Shown here: positions 41,818 through 52,865 of the stretch, in pieces
Numbering within the stretch: position 1 is the stretch's first letter
How the letters are laid out: every line of letters starts with the position of its first letter
From: Candidatus Poribacteria bacterium
GTDB lineage: Bacteria > Poribacteria > WGA-4E > PCPOR2b
Direction of reading: 5' to 3'
Assembly: GCA_965215015.1 (NCBI GenBank)
Contig: OZ244042.1
Span: 3,392,001-3,456,000 of the forward strand
DNA: 64,000 nucleotides
Translations under genes and position numbers: made by a program
The notes under the pieces: generated by a model
Told to the model about the DNA's origin: nothing
Seen by the model: only the letters and a program-made list of their open reading frames with translations
Databases searched by the model: none

Positions 41818-42280
41818 TTAAGATTCAAGCGAGAGCCCTTTATGAAGCGTCAATTTCATCACCAATTCCTCGCCCGTCTGATCGCCCGTGTGTTCAAAGC
41901 CTAACTTACGGTAGAAACCTTCGGGACTTCCAGTACCGGGAACATGGCTCAAGAACAGCTCCTTCGCATTCGGTCGTGTATTTACATGATCAATCAGGAG
42001 TTCAAGGGCGCGACGGCCATAGCCTTTTCCCTGATACCGGGCATCGACCATGAAACGCCATAAGTAATATTCCCCTTTGTCAGGTTGGTCAGATAGCATC
42101 AGAAAACCGACGGGGGTCTCGTCAGCGTAGATTGCGCGAAACCACGCATCCTCCGAGAAATGGGTCTGAGAAATGGGCCTGTGCAATAGAAACCGCGTTT
42201 GAAGCGACAAACTGCTCCTGCTCTTCGGTTACACGAAGATTCAGAATGGAGTTGACTGTTTCCTGTATAATCTCACGCAA
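41818..42280 (-). pseudogene. GNAT (spermidine/diamine N-acetyltransferase-like) disrupted by a 13-bp duplication
   Basis: 5' frame LREI..EQEQFVASNAVSIAQAHF; 3' frame AIYADETPVGF, YQGKGYG, FYRKLGF. Duplication at 42152-42177. Start uncertain. Confidence 0.8.
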
Positions 42281-42397
42281 ACCGACCGTAGCCTCGAGAC
42301 CAAGGGACGTTTTGGAATCGGGATTTTGTTATTTTCCTTTCGTTTGGATTTCCTGAACCTGAACGACTGGCAAATGCAGCGATCGCAGCCGCACCTC

Positions 42398-43342
42398 CTA
42401 GAGAACTGATAGCGCAGCAAACAATGCTTTGATGTACCCCACAGAATATGCCAATCCGGTGTCGCCCTCCATGCGGGGGATGTGGTCGGGGTTTAAGCAA
42501 CCGTCAAATTCGAGTTTATGCAGTTCGAGGACGATTTTGAACATATTCATGTCTCCATCGTCTAGGAGGACCTCCTCAAAAGCCCCGGCAGTCGCAAGGC
42601 TTCCTCTGACGTTGCGGAGGTGAACCATAAAAATCTTGCCTTTACGACCGTAGTTGTTGATTTCATCGAGAACAAGGGGGGTACTGCCCGCCTCACCTCT
42701 GGTGCCGCAGCAGTAGAGGTATCCGACATTTCTGCTGGGAAAGGCGTCAATTACGCGATGGAATCCCAGGCTTCCCAAAGGTGTGTCGGGATTGGGGGTG
42801 TCAGAGGGATGGATGGCGAGTTTTATATCGTACGCTTCGGCTATGGGAACAAGATGTCCGTAGACCTCGCAGAAACGTTTCCACCACTCTTCGAGCTCCT
42901 CGAAGTTTGGCGTTTCGGGAGGATTTTCCGTCAACCCCCGACTCTCTCCGCGCGATAAGTAGCCGCCGCGATGCGCGGAATTGTAGCGGGTCATCAATTG
43001 GTTAAAGGTATCCCCCCAGAATCGCTGCCTTGCGATGGGGATGGCTGCCTCTCCGAAAACCTTTAAGGCGTTACAGGTATTTTCCAGTTCTTTTTCTGCG
43101 CCCGGTAGCCCTTTCATAAATGTCTCGGTGATGTCAGGCAGGGTTACGCGGTTGATATCAAGTCCCCAAGAACGAATCTTCTTTCTGATTTTGATGACCT
43201 CATCCAAATCTGGATAGCCCTGTTCTGTGACGCCGGGGAAAGACTGACCGCTACCAAAATCGATGCAATCTGCGCCTAACTGTGTAACCTGCTTCAGATA
43301 ACTGTCCGAGAGACCTCCGTCCCAGACGGATATTTTCATCAT
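42398..43342 (-). CDS. Mannonate dehydratase-like protein
   Basis: KLAIHPSD, VHLRNVRG, DDGDMNM, PDHIP, YSVGYIKAL. Confidence 0.82.
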   Translation of the reverse strand: MMKISVWDGGLSDSYLKQVTQLGADCIDFGSGQSFPGVTEQGYPDLDEVIKIRKKIRSWGLDINRVTLPDITETFMKGLPGAEKELENTCNALKVFGEAAIPIARQRFWGDTFNQLMTRYNSAHRGGYLSRGESRGLTENPPETPNFEELEEWWKRFCEVYGHLVPIAEAYDIKLAIHPSDTPNPDTPLGSLGFHRVIDAFPSRNVGYLYCCGTRGEAGSTPLVLDEINNYGRKGKIFMVHLRNVRGSLATAGAFEEVLLDDGDMNMFKIVLELHKLEFDGCLNPDHIPRMEGDTGLAYSVGYIKALFAALSVL

Positions 43343-43564
43343 TGCTTTTACCTCCAATTTATGGAACGTGATGTGTAAAATATAATTTATTTGTACGGTG
43401 CGAACGATTCTATTTTAGAACAAAATGGAAAATTTTGAAATAAAAAAGTATGGAAGGTTTCCGATAGTCTCTGTCCATAATCTCCGAATACCGTGTGGAT
43501 CTGCCCGGTCCGTTGTGATATAATAAATTCACAACTTGAGGAACATGGCAGATTGTGTGGGCAA

Positions 43565-44152
43565 ATGATGAAAGTTAAAGGACGGATCCAGCAAAACGAT
43601 AACCCTCATAGTTACTGTCCTGAATGCTGGAGTGAGTGCATCCAACCTTATGCAGCTAAAGGCAGGGAATACTACCGATGCGAGTGTTGCGGGTATAACG
43701 ATAGCCGCCTCATTATGTTCTATCCGCAAATGCGTTACCGCATTTTACCCAACAGTGAATTGCTACACTATTCCGTCGGTGCAGTCATCGAGTGGGAGAA
43801 GAAGATTCTCCTATTCCACCGAAGATTATTCCCATTTCGTTACACAATCGTTGCTGGGCATTGGGACTTGGACGATGATACATCGGAGGCCGCCGTTGCT
43901 CGCGAGATAGAGGAAGAAGCGGGAATTGAGATCCATCCTGAAGAACCGGTGTTTGTGGAAACGCTGAAAGAACCGTGTCGTCGCGGTGCGGATTTCCACG
44001 AATGGCGATTATACCGAGCGAGGGTAGATCAAAACACGGCGACATTATCCGACGAAGCGGATATCATCGGATGGTATGCCCCTGATGAGATAAGGGGGCT
44101 TGATTTAACCATTCCGACTGAATACTTTCTGAAGAAGCTAGGGATTATCTGA
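43565..44152 (+). CDS. NUDIX hydrolase with N-terminal zinc ribbon
   Basis: CPEC..CECC; Nudix box AGH....AVAREIEEEAGI. Confidence 0.85.
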   Translation: MMKVKGRIQQNDNPHSYCPECWSECIQPYAAKGREYYRCECCGYNDSRLIMFYPQMRYRILPNSELLHYSVGAVIEWEKKILLFHRRLFPFRYTIVAGHWDLDDDTSEAAVAREIEEEAGIEIHPEEPVFVETLKEPCRRGADFHEWRLYRARVDQNTATLSDEADIIGWYAPDEIRGLDLTIPTEYFLKKLGII

Positions 44153-44165
44153 GGCGATGCGGCCG

Positions 44166-44888
44166 TTATAGCTCACCGATGCAAAACACGGTGTTTTTTG
44201 CTTCCAAGCTGCGAATTTCGGAATAGTGATACACTTGGGTAACTTCCACCCCATCTTCAATGATTGGCGTCGGTTGTTCGAGGACGAAGTCAGCAAAGTG
44301 GGGGGTGTTGAAGGCAACGTAAGCGAGGCTGAATGTCTCAATCTGTCGATCGTATCGCTTTGACAGGTCTGGAAATAGGACTATTCCTGTATCAACTTGG
44401 TAGATGTCTGCGTTTTCATCTATATTCATCGTTTTAACAGGACACTCGATAATTGCCCGCTGATGTGCGTTAGCATCCCATATCTCTGTGTGCGTCACGA
44501 TGGGCAGGCATTTTCGCGTGGCTTCAAAAATGGCTGCGTTGCTATCAAGAACTTGGACGGACGAGGCCTCTTGCACATCAAACAGGGCTCCTCCCCAATA
44601 TTCCTTCGCGGGCCTATACTCGACGTAATTATCATTGCGATAGGCGTGCCTTCTGAATACCGCCGTATGTTCTTGGCCAAAAACGGGCAGGAAGTCGTAG
44701 TTTGGATTTACGAAGAGATCCTTCTTTGCAAAAGTGTGTTCACTCTTACACGAACCGCACTGGTAGTAATCGCTGAAGCTTCCATCTGTATCGTCTATCA
44801 TGCGACATCGGGATTCGACCCAAAATCGGGGTGCATTCCCATTGCCAACAGAGCTGATAAAAGAGAGTCCATAATCAAGGCAATTCAT
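44166..44888 (-). CDS. Hypothetical protein
   Basis: Clean 240-aa ORF with AAGGA RBS; CGSCKSEH motif. Confidence 0.65.
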   Translation of the reverse strand: MNCLDYGLSFISSVGNGNAPRFWVESRCRMIDDTDGSFSDYYQCGSCKSEHTFAKKDLFVNPNYDFLPVFGQEHTAVFRRHAYRNDNYVEYRPAKEYWGGALFDVQEASSVQVLDSNAAIFEATRKCLPIVTHTEIWDANAHQRAIIECPVKTMNIDENADIYQVDTGIVLFPDLSKRYDRQIETFSLAYVAFNTPHFADFVLEQPTPIIEDGVEVTQVYHYSEIRSLEAKNTVFCIGEL

Positions 44889-45026
44889 TGCTATTTCCTT
44901 TCGGTGTGGTATGCGGTTCGTTAAATCCATTTTATCCTTACAGTGTTCATGTGTCAACAAGAATCTCCTGTTTTTCCGGATTTTTCTGTTTATCGTAGGG
45001 CCGGAACAGAAAGAAAGGGTGAGATA

Positions 45027-46130
45027 ATGACTCATAAGCAAATTAGGACAACCCTAATCACGCTTTTTGTATGTGCATTATTTTTTCAACCGAGTAAGGC
45101 TTCCGCTGAATCGAGTGAGGCAGCGCAGCTCTATGAGACCGCTTTCCGGCTGATAGTTGAAGGGGATTATGGTGAAGCGTATGATTGGCTCGACGAAGTC
45201 ATCGATAGATATCCGGACACTGTCTATGCACGGTTCGCTGAAAATCGGAAGCGGCGGTTGGAACAGTTGAATCTACCGGACATCCGGCGCAAGGAAATTG
45301 ACCAGAGCGGTCGGATTGGGACCGTGGTGTTCAGCACCTTATATTCGACATGGTTAGGAATTGGTACGGCGAGGCTGGTTGATGATACGGACGGAGCAAA
45401 GACCGTCGCTGGGGGTATGATGATAGGTGCACCGACAGGGCTTTTGACTTCTCTGGTTGCAACGCGAAACGCGAAATTGACCCAAGGTCAGTCTGCTTTA
45501 ATTAGCTTTAGTGGTTTGTGGGGGACATGGCAGGGACTGGGTTGGGCAATCCTGATCGACGAGGAGGACAATGAAAAGCCATTGATTGGCGGCGCAATGA
45601 TCGGCGGCCTGTCAGGTATTCTGACAACCTCTGTTCTCACGAGGAAAATTGACCCGAGCTCAGGAGACATGGGGATTATCAATTACGGGGCACTTTGGGG
45701 TACATGGCTATCTTTGTGTGCAGGCCAGGTCGTCGGTGTTGAGGATGGCGATGGGTTGCTCGCTTGGACACTCATCGGGGGCAATATAGGTACGATAGCA
45801 ATGGCCTCGCTTTCCTCAAAAATTGACATCACACCGGCGCGAGCACATTGGATTAATCTGGGCGGTGTTATCGGCACTACAGTTGCCAGTGGAATAGTGA
45901 TGATAATCGCTGAAAGCCATATTAGTCCGGAGGCCGCATTTACCTTCCTGATGGCTGGCGGCATTGCTGGGCTTATTACAGGCACCTACACCACCCGTCA
46001 TATTCCGTCTCCAGAAGCGCATAAGAGTCTGAGTCGGCGAGATGATTCGACACTCTGGCATCGACTGCCTCACGAGTTACAGTTAAGTCCTAACGGTATA
46101 CACGTCAATCTCTTCAGCCTCCGATTTTAG
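45027..46130 (+). CDS. Exported/membrane protein, TPR-like N-terminus plus Gly-rich hydrophobic repeats (paralog 1)
   Basis: Signal peptide; Y..A...IDRYPDT.YA; repeated G.WGTW; ends in LRF. Confidence 0.7.
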   Translation: MTHKQIRTTLITLFVCALFFQPSKASAESSEAAQLYETAFRLIVEGDYGEAYDWLDEVIDRYPDTVYARFAENRKRRLEQLNLPDIRRKEIDQSGRIGTVVFSTLYSTWLGIGTARLVDDTDGAKTVAGGMMIGAPTGLLTSLVATRNAKLTQGQSALISFSGLWGTWQGLGWAILIDEEDNEKPLIGGAMIGGLSGILTTSVLTRKIDPSSGDMGIINYGALWGTWLSLCAGQVVGVEDGDGLLAWTLIGGNIGTIAMASLSSKIDITPARAHWINLGGVIGTTVASGIVMIIAESHISPEAAFTFLMAGGIAGLITGTYTTRHIPSPEAHKSLSRRDDSTLWHRLPHELQLSPNGIHVNLFSLRF

Positions 46131-46176
46131 TCGCAGATTTTTATCTATTTAATCAGCAATTAGAAAGGATGTAGAT

Positions 46177-47325
46177 ATGCCGAATCAACTCATCAAAATT
46201 ATTATCGTAACCGTTCTTTTCCTTTTTGCACACCCGTTGTGGGCGGGTGAGATTAAATCAGAAATCAAAACACTGGAAGCACAATTAATCTATGAAGACG
46301 CCGTTAAGCAGGTTGTCGATGAGGAATATGATAAAGCACTCAGAAAACTGGATTGGATTATCTCTGTGTATCCTGAAACACGGTACGGGCAATTAGCAAC
46401 GGATAAAAGGAAAGAGGTTGCTATTTTACTTCAACAGCCCAAACCAATCAGCGGCATGAGTAGAGCGAGTTTGGTCGGGTTCGGTACCCTTTTTACGACA
46501 TGGCTAGGCGTCGGTACGTTGATTCTTTTGGAAACAGAGGAGGCGGTCCCTTATGGTCTCGTTTTAATCGCGGGGCCCTTGGGTGGATTAATCGGTTCTT
46601 TAAGTTTCACGCGGGAGAGCGAACTGAGCGATGGGCAGGCTTCACTGATGACCCTCGGAGGGACTTGGGGTATCTGGCAAGTGGTTGGGGCAGCAAACCT
46701 CGCCGATGCTGGTGAAAAGCTGACTGTGGGTGCGAGCATGGCGGGAGGGGCCATTGGACTAGCGTTGGCTGGGCGCGTCGTCAGAGATAGGGACATCAGC
46801 CCTGGCGATGTAACGTTGATTAATTTCGGTGGAATCTGGGGAACATGGTTTGCACTCTGGGGGGCTATGGCTGCTCGCGACAGGAGCGGTGATAACAGCA
46901 AATTTGTTCTTGGCAGTGCAATGATGGGTGGTAATATTGGACTAGCGACCATGTCGGCATGGGCACCAAAACTCAACATGAGTCGTGCCCGCGCCCGTCT
47001 TATTAACATCGGGGGTATTGTAGGTACACTCTACGGTTTAGGCGCGAATATTCTGCTCGACATTGAGCCGGAAGACCGGACCTTTTGGTTACTCATGGGA
47101 ATCGGCGGCATGGTTGGATTGACAGCGGGTTCCTATTTTACCCGGAACTACGACACTCCAGAGAGCTATTTCATAGAAAGTGGTGTGGGATTGCTGAATT
47201 TTGAACCCACGGAGAAGCGATGGGACTTGTCTTTCCCCACGATTACTGTTTCCCCTGTCGGCGGTGGAGGTTCGCAGGTTCCTGATATTGAATTGCGGAC
47301 ATCGTTGGTTCGGGTCCGGTTCTGA
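46177..47325 (+). CDS. Exported/membrane protein, TPR-like N-terminus plus Gly-rich hydrophobic repeats (paralog 2)
   Basis: Same architecture as the upstream gene; ends in VRF. Confidence 0.7.
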   Translation: MPNQLIKIIIVTVLFLFAHPLWAGEIKSEIKTLEAQLIYEDAVKQVVDEEYDKALRKLDWIISVYPETRYGQLATDKRKEVAILLQQPKPISGMSRASLVGFGTLFTTWLGVGTLILLETEEAVPYGLVLIAGPLGGLIGSLSFTRESELSDGQASLMTLGGTWGIWQVVGAANLADAGEKLTVGASMAGGAIGLALAGRVVRDRDISPGDVTLINFGGIWGTWFALWGAMAARDRSGDNSKFVLGSAMMGGNIGLATMSAWAPKLNMSRARARLINIGGIVGTLYGLGANILLDIEPEDRTFWLLMGIGGMVGLTAGSYFTRNYDTPESYFIESGVGLLNFEPTEKRWDLSFPTITVSPVGGGGSQVPDIELRTSLVRVRF

Positions 47326-47363
47326 TTGCGGAAGGTAGAAAGGAGCCTCACCATACAAGCGCA

Positions 47364-48578
47364 ATGAACAAGGTTGAGCAGATGCGCTCCACAATAGATC
47401 AAACGTACCCTGATTTTCCTGACAGGACTACCCTTCGGGCATTCTACGCTAGTATGTTTCTCTATTGGGGTGCGCTATATATCTACTCACCGATTCTATC
47501 GGTATACACTCAGTCGTTGAGTGCATCGTTCACGACTGTGGGAATGGTTGTTGGGGCGTACGGCTTCGTACAGATGTGGCTACGAATTCCGTTGGGGATT
47601 TGGTCTGATAGGTTGGGCCGTCGCCTGCCGTTTCTTTATGCCGGACATTTCTTCAATCTCGTCGGGTGTTTGGGACTTGCGATGGCACCGACACCGATGT
47701 ATCTCGTGATCTTCCGTGGTGTACTTGGCATTAGTGCCGCCACATGGGTCGCCTTTACAGTGCTTTTCGCTAGCTACTTTCCGCCGGATCAGAGTCCCAG
47801 GGCGATGGGTGTTGTCACGGCTATCAATGGCATCTCGCTTATTATTGTTAACGGGCTCGGGGGTCAAATCGCGCAGATGTGGGGAATGGGTGCCACATTC
47901 TACGCCGGTGCTGGTCTAGCGGCTGTGGGGCTTATAGCAACGGTGCCGATCAAGGAACATCGGACGCCGCGTCAGCCTCCGACGTTTCGACAGATATGGC
48001 GCATCATCACACACCCTACCTTGATGCTCATTGCGTCAATTACGGCACTCAATCACTACTCATTCTGGGCGACCACATTTGGTTTTATTCCGCTCCATGC
48101 GGAGAATCTGGGTGCAAGCAACTTTGTGCTCGGCATCATTGGTGTTGCGGCGTTGGTGCCCTATACTTTAACCGCTCCGATGAACCATCACTTTGCTGCC
48201 CGTTTAGGCGAAAATTGGGCTGTCTTTATAGGGATTCTAGTGATGGCGGTGACGATGCTTGTCGTTCCCCTAATCCACAATATCCCGTTACTAGCGGCTT
48301 CCCAAGGTGCGAATGGATTGGGGCGCGGTCTCGTATACCCTTTGCTGATGGGGTTGAGTATCCGTGAGGTATCTGGTGAGGACCGGGCGACAGCGATGGG
48401 GGTATATCAGGCGGTGTACGCAATCGGTATGTTTTTGGGACCAACGACCGCCGGTGCTGTTGCCGATGTGGCGGGGCTTTCTGGGGCATTCATCATTGCG
48501 GGCACAGTTTCGGTGATTGCGGCGATAGCAGCTTTAATCCTGCTCGGACGGACGAACGATTCACCAAATCGCGGATAA
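47364..48578 (+). CDS. MFS transporter
   Basis: GIWSDRLGRR motif A; 12 TM segments. Confidence 0.92.
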   Translation: MNKVEQMRSTIDQTYPDFPDRTTLRAFYASMFLYWGALYIYSPILSVYTQSLSASFTTVGMVVGAYGFVQMWLRIPLGIWSDRLGRRLPFLYAGHFFNLVGCLGLAMAPTPMYLVIFRGVLGISAATWVAFTVLFASYFPPDQSPRAMGVVTAINGISLIIVNGLGGQIAQMWGMGATFYAGAGLAAVGLIATVPIKEHRTPRQPPTFRQIWRIITHPTLMLIASITALNHYSFWATTFGFIPLHAENLGASNFVLGIIGVAALVPYTLTAPMNHHFAARLGENWAVFIGILVMAVTMLVVPLIHNIPLLAASQGANGLGRGLVYPLLMGLSIREVSGEDRATAMGVYQAVYAIGMFLGPTTAGAVADVAGLSGAFIIAGTVSVIAAIAALILLGRTNDSPNRG

Positions 48579-48601
48579 GCATCAACCGAAATTAGCACAC
48601 A

Positions 48602-49405
48602 TCACAGCTTTCCATCCGCCCGCATTTGTGCACCGTAAGCTTCAATCTCAGCTTTTTCCTCCGGTGTCAGTGTGTGGCAATCGGACAGTGCTGATGCGAT
48701 TCGGCGGAAGCGGGGCACGTCTCGCAATCCCATAATTGTTAAACCCACCGACTCATGACTGAGGACGTAGCGGTAGAATTGTTCTGGGGCCGGGGCGCCT
48801 TCACCATCGAAGAGCTTATCGTTGCGCGACGCATTCATAATCACTACGCCGGTGTTATGCTTACGTGCCTCCGGGAGCACGGTTTCCTCCGGCTCCTTCA
48901 TGGCGCAATTGTACCAGCATAGCACGGTATCAAAAAATCCGGTCGCAACCGCCTGCTGGATCTGTTCCCAATCGTGGCCCGTAACGCCGATGAAGCGAAT
49001 CAATCCTTCCTCTCGCGCTTTCTGAACCGCTTCCAGTACGCCCCCGGCTCCTAAAGCGCGGTTCCGTTCCTCTTCGGTATTTAGATGGTGGAGTTGGTAG
49101 ATGTCGATATGATCTGTTCTCAGCAGGCGCAGCGATGTTTCGAGATCTCGACGTGCCCCCTCGGCATCGCGCTGTGCGGTCTTGGTTGCCAGAGTCAACT
49201 CATGGCGCCGTCCTTGGATGGCGTTTCCGATAACCCTTTCATCATCTCCATCTCGATATGCTCGTGCCGTATCCATATAATTGACGCCACAGTCCAACGC
49301 GGCTCGATACCCATCGGCGGTTTCGCAATACGCACCGCCGGTGCCCAATCGAGTTACTACCACCCCTGTTCGACCAAGGGTCGTTTGGGGAATCAGATCA
49401 GCCAT
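48602..49405 (-). CDS. Aldo/keto reductase
   Basis: TLGRTG, DTARAY, ATKT, SLRLLRTDHIDIYQLH, GLIRFIGVTGH. Confidence 0.93.
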   Translation of the reverse strand: MADLIPQTTLGRTGVVVTRLGTGGAYCETADGYRAALDCGVNYMDTARAYRDGDDERVIGNAIQGRRHELTLATKTAQRDAEGARRDLETSLRLLRTDHIDIYQLHHLNTEEERNRALGAGGVLEAVQKAREEGLIRFIGVTGHDWEQIQQAVATGFFDTVLCWYNCAMKEPEETVLPEARKHNTGVVIMNASRNDKLFDGEGAPAPEQFYRYVLSHESVGLTIMGLRDVPRFRRIASALSDCHTLTPEEKAEIEAYGAQMRADGKL

Positions 49406-49620
49406 GAGTGTATACCTCTTCGTTTTTTTTGTCTTTGTATCTGTTATATGCCTGTCGCGCTGCCCTAATAAGAGGTTCCGTTCCGAAGCCTCCGATAAAT
49501 CGGAGGAATCCCAATCTGTCGGGAGATTCAAAGCAACTGGGACTGTGTTGGTTCATTAATTATATTTATTTTTAAGGATATGTCAAGCGAGAAAAGGGAC
49601 TTGAGGTTGTGGGAAACTGC

Positions 49621-49649
49621 TTGACATGCCACTTATCAATCGTTAAAAT
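49621..49649 (+). promoter_or_regulatory. Sigma70 promoter
   Basis: TTGACA-17 nt-TAAAAT upstream of the FmdB-family gene. Confidence 0.7.
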
Positions 49650-49714
49650 ATATCAAATCCTGACATTTTTCGCAATGTCTGTTGAAAACAACTGAGTAGA
49701 AGGAGCCTCATTAT

Positions 49715-50065
49715 ATGCCGACATACGAATATAAATGCTTGGATTGCGGCATCCAATTCGATTTGTTTCAAAGTATCACCGAAGATCCCATCCAAAAATG
49801 CCCCGAATGTTCAGGTCAGACCAAGCGATTAATTGGTGCTGGTGCCGGACTAATTTTTAAGGGGTCGGGTTTCTACATCACGGACTATCGCAGTGAAGGG
49901 TACAAGGAGGGTGCTAAAAAAGACAAAGAATCGTCATCAAGCGGTGCCGAGGATAGCAAAAGCGGGGATTCTAAATCTAGCAAGACAGAGAGCAGCGAGG
50001 CCTCCAAATCTATCAAGACGGAAAACAGTAACGCTTCTAAGTCGACTTCAGATGCAAGCACGTGA
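49715..50065 (+). CDS. FmdB family zinc-ribbon protein
   Basis: MPTYEYKCLDCG..CPECSG..FKGSGFYITDY with a Ser/Lys-rich tail. Confidence 0.93.
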   Translation: MPTYEYKCLDCGIQFDLFQSITEDPIQKCPECSGQTKRLIGAGAGLIFKGSGFYITDYRSEGYKEGAKKDKESSSSGAEDSKSGDSKSSKTESSEASKSIKTENSNASKSTSDAST

Positions 50066-50201
50066 GAGATATAATAGATAACTTCTGCATTTCGTAGGGC
50101 ACCGTCCATCGGAGGGCTCAGTGTATTACGCATAGATAATACCTTTGCTATAGACGATTTTCAGATAGGTTGACTGTGTTCATTAATCGAAAGGAGATAG
50201 C

Positions 50202-51143
50202 ATGGCCCACACACATCACCATGATGGAGAGGTAGATGGACCTCAACATAGTCATCAACATCGCTTACAGGGAAAATTCCGATTCGCAATCCTGTTGACA
50301 ACATTTGTGCTCGTCATTGAAATAGTAGGGGGGATTTTGTCGAATAGTTTGGCGTTGTTGAGCGATGCAGCGCATGTTTTCTCAGATTCTCTGTCGCTGA
50401 TTATGAGTTGGCTGGCAATCTATCTGTCAACTCGCCCGGCAACTAACTTGCGGACCTATGGTTATCATCGGACAGAGGTATTCGCCGCATTCATCAACGG
50501 GGTTTCACTGATTGTAATCTCCGTGTGGATTTTTTACGCGGCTGTCCACCGGTTTATCGAACCCGAACCTGTTAAAAGTAAAGAGATGCTGGTCGTGGCG
50601 ATTATCGGATTTATTGCGAATATGGCCATTGTTTGGCTATTTCATGGTGAAGGGCATAAGAGCCTCAATGTGCGTAGTGCGGTGCTTCATGTTATTGGAG
50701 ATGCGCTCGCCTCTGTTGGCGTCATTGTGGGCGGGGCGGTAATCTATTGGACTAGCTGGTTTATTGTCGATCCAATTCTGAGCTGCGGGATTGGTCTGGT
50801 CGTTTTGATTGGGGCGGTCAGGGTCACGAAAGAAGCGGTTCACATCTTATTAGAGGGCTCACCGAAACATGCGGAGGCCCAAAAAGTGGCAGCATGCATC
50901 AGTGCTATCGACTCGGTCAAGGATGTCCATGACATGCACATCTGGTCTTTATGCTCTAATTATTTGGCGTTGAGCACGCATGTGTCAATCGTTGAGGATG
51001 CAAGCAAATCTTCACATGAATTACTGCAGGAGATTAACGACAAGTTACAAACACATTTTGGTATTTTCCACACGACCATTCAGATTGAACAGCCGGGTTG
51101 TCCCTACGAGGGGCACCTGCTGTGTAACGCACCCCACCACTGA
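50202..51143 (+). CDS. Cation diffusion facilitator (CzcD/ZitB-like Zn/Co/Cd exporter)
   Basis: His-rich N-terminus, SLALLSDAAH, TYGYHR.E, LHVIGD, HDMHIWSL, HTTIQ. Confidence 0.95.
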   Translation: MAHTHHHDGEVDGPQHSHQHRLQGKFRFAILLTTFVLVIEIVGGILSNSLALLSDAAHVFSDSLSLIMSWLAIYLSTRPATNLRTYGYHRTEVFAAFINGVSLIVISVWIFYAAVHRFIEPEPVKSKEMLVVAIIGFIANMAIVWLFHGEGHKSLNVRSAVLHVIGDALASVGVIVGGAVIYWTSWFIVDPILSCGIGLVVLIGAVRVTKEAVHILLEGSPKHAEAQKVAACISAIDSVKDVHDMHIWSLCSNYLALSTHVSIVEDASKSSHELLQEINDKLQTHFGIFHTTIQIEQPGCPYEGHLLCNAPHH

Positions 51144-51419
51144 AACGTGATGCGTAAATGGTCATGGGTTCATTAGTCTATTGGTTCATTAATTAACTAG
51201 TGGGTGTTGGCATTTTGCTGTCGTCAGTCAATTTTAGACAATTGACCTACAGAAGCCCTTATCCAGTTAGGTTTCACTCAATCTATCTATAAGTGGCTGC
51301 TATTGAAAGGCGGAAACTCCATTGGGGTTGATAGCAATTCGTATGTAACCGTTCAACCCAACCTACGTACCTGTCAAATGTCAACAGAACCTAATGTACC
51401 AATGGACTCTTGAATAAGA

Positions 51420-52592
51420 TTAATACGACCGGGGCAGGTCCAACTCGTGGGTGGCAAGATAGGCAAGCACTAGGTTGTTGTTGACCGGCGCGACTTGATA
51501 GAGCCGTGTTTCCCGAAACTTACGCTCTACATCATATTCATCGACAAAGCCGTAACCGCCGTGCGTGTCAAGGCAGATGTTGGCTGCCTGCCAACTTGCC
51601 TCAGAAGCGAGCAGTTTTGCCATATTTGCCTCTGCCCCACAGGAGGCATTGGCATCGAATAGCCAAGCCGCTTTGTAGCGAACCAGATCTGCTGCAACCG
51701 TCGCTGCATAAGCACGGACGATGGGAAACTGCACCCCTTGATTGCGACCAATGGGAGCTCCAAAAACTTCGCGGTCGCGGGCGTAGGCACACCCCCGATC
51801 GATAAACCAATAGCCGTCACCGATAGCTTCTGCTGCCAGCAGGATGCGCTCGGCGTTCCAACCATCAATGACGTAGCGGAAGCCCCTCCCCTCTTCGCCG
51901 ATTAAACTATCGAGTGGCAGCCGTAGATTGCGGAACCAGACTTGGTAGGTTGCGTAGTTGAACATGGTGCGGACAGGCTGCACCTCTAACGCTCCTTCTT
52001 GGCAGCGTGCATCGCGCAAGTCGATTAAGAACAGGCTAAGTCCCTCTGTCCGCTTGTCCACCGCTTCCCGGGGGGTTGTGCGTGCCAACAGCAGAAGCAG
52101 GTCTGATTGCTCGATGCGGCTGGTCCAGTTCTTATGACCGTTAACAATGTATGCGGAATCCTCACGTCGAGCGAAGGTGTGGATACTAGGGGTATCAGAG
52201 CCGGCTTCCGCCTCGGTGACCGAGAATGCTTGTAGCCGGAGTTCGCCGTTGGCGATGGATGGCAGCCAACGTTCCTTCTGTACATCGCTGCCGTGTCGAA
52301 GTAGTGCACCCATGAGATACATCTGTGCATGAAACGCCGCCGCGTTACCGCCGGAACGGTTAATCTCCTCCAAAACGATGCTTGCCTCCGTTACACCCAA
52401 GCCGAGCCCGCCGTATGCTTTGGGAATCAGAATCGAGAGAAAGCCAGCTTCTGTGAGTCTTTCGACAAAGGCTTGCGGATACGCGCGATCTCGATCGGTT
52501 TCACGCCAGTAGGTATCGGGGAATTGGGTGCAGAAATCGCGGATGCGCCCTCGGAGTACCTCGTGCTCAGGGGAGGACTGAAAATCCATCAT
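51420..52592 (-). CDS. Acyl-CoA dehydrogenase
   Basis: YGGLG, FSVTEAEAGSD, NGHKNW, NAERI, R.VFG.PIG..Q, HGGYG. Confidence 0.94.
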   Translation of the reverse strand: MMDFQSSPEHEVLRGRIRDFCTQFPDTYWRETDRDRAYPQAFVERLTEAGFLSILIPKAYGGLGLGVTEASIVLEEINRSGGNAAAFHAQMYLMGALLRHGSDVQKERWLPSIANGELRLQAFSVTEAEAGSDTPSIHTFARREDSAYIVNGHKNWTSRIEQSDLLLLLARTTPREAVDKRTEGLSLFLIDLRDARCQEGALEVQPVRTMFNYATYQVWFRNLRLPLDSLIGEEGRGFRYVIDGWNAERILLAAEAIGDGYWFIDRGCAYARDREVFGAPIGRNQGVQFPIVRAYAATVAADLVRYKAAWLFDANASCGAEANMAKLLASEASWQAANICLDTHGGYGFVDEYDVERKFRETRLYQVAPVNNNLVLAYLATHELDLPRSY

Positions 52593-52865
52593 ATACACCT
52601 TTCTAGTTGAAGGGTTGTCAACATTCTGCTAGCCCTGACGTTACTAGCTTTCATCTTATCACACACCTCATGGAATTACAAGATAGATCTTGAAGTTAGT
52701 GCACCGCCTATGATGGCTCTATATACCGAATATGTAATACGTGATGCGTAAAAAAAATTGTATGTATTACGCATTATGTTTTAGTGAAGTAGGTAGCGTC
52801 TATTGAATTAGCGAGGGGAGTTGAGCTATAATTCAGGGACAGAACCTGTGGGAGCGTCACAAATT

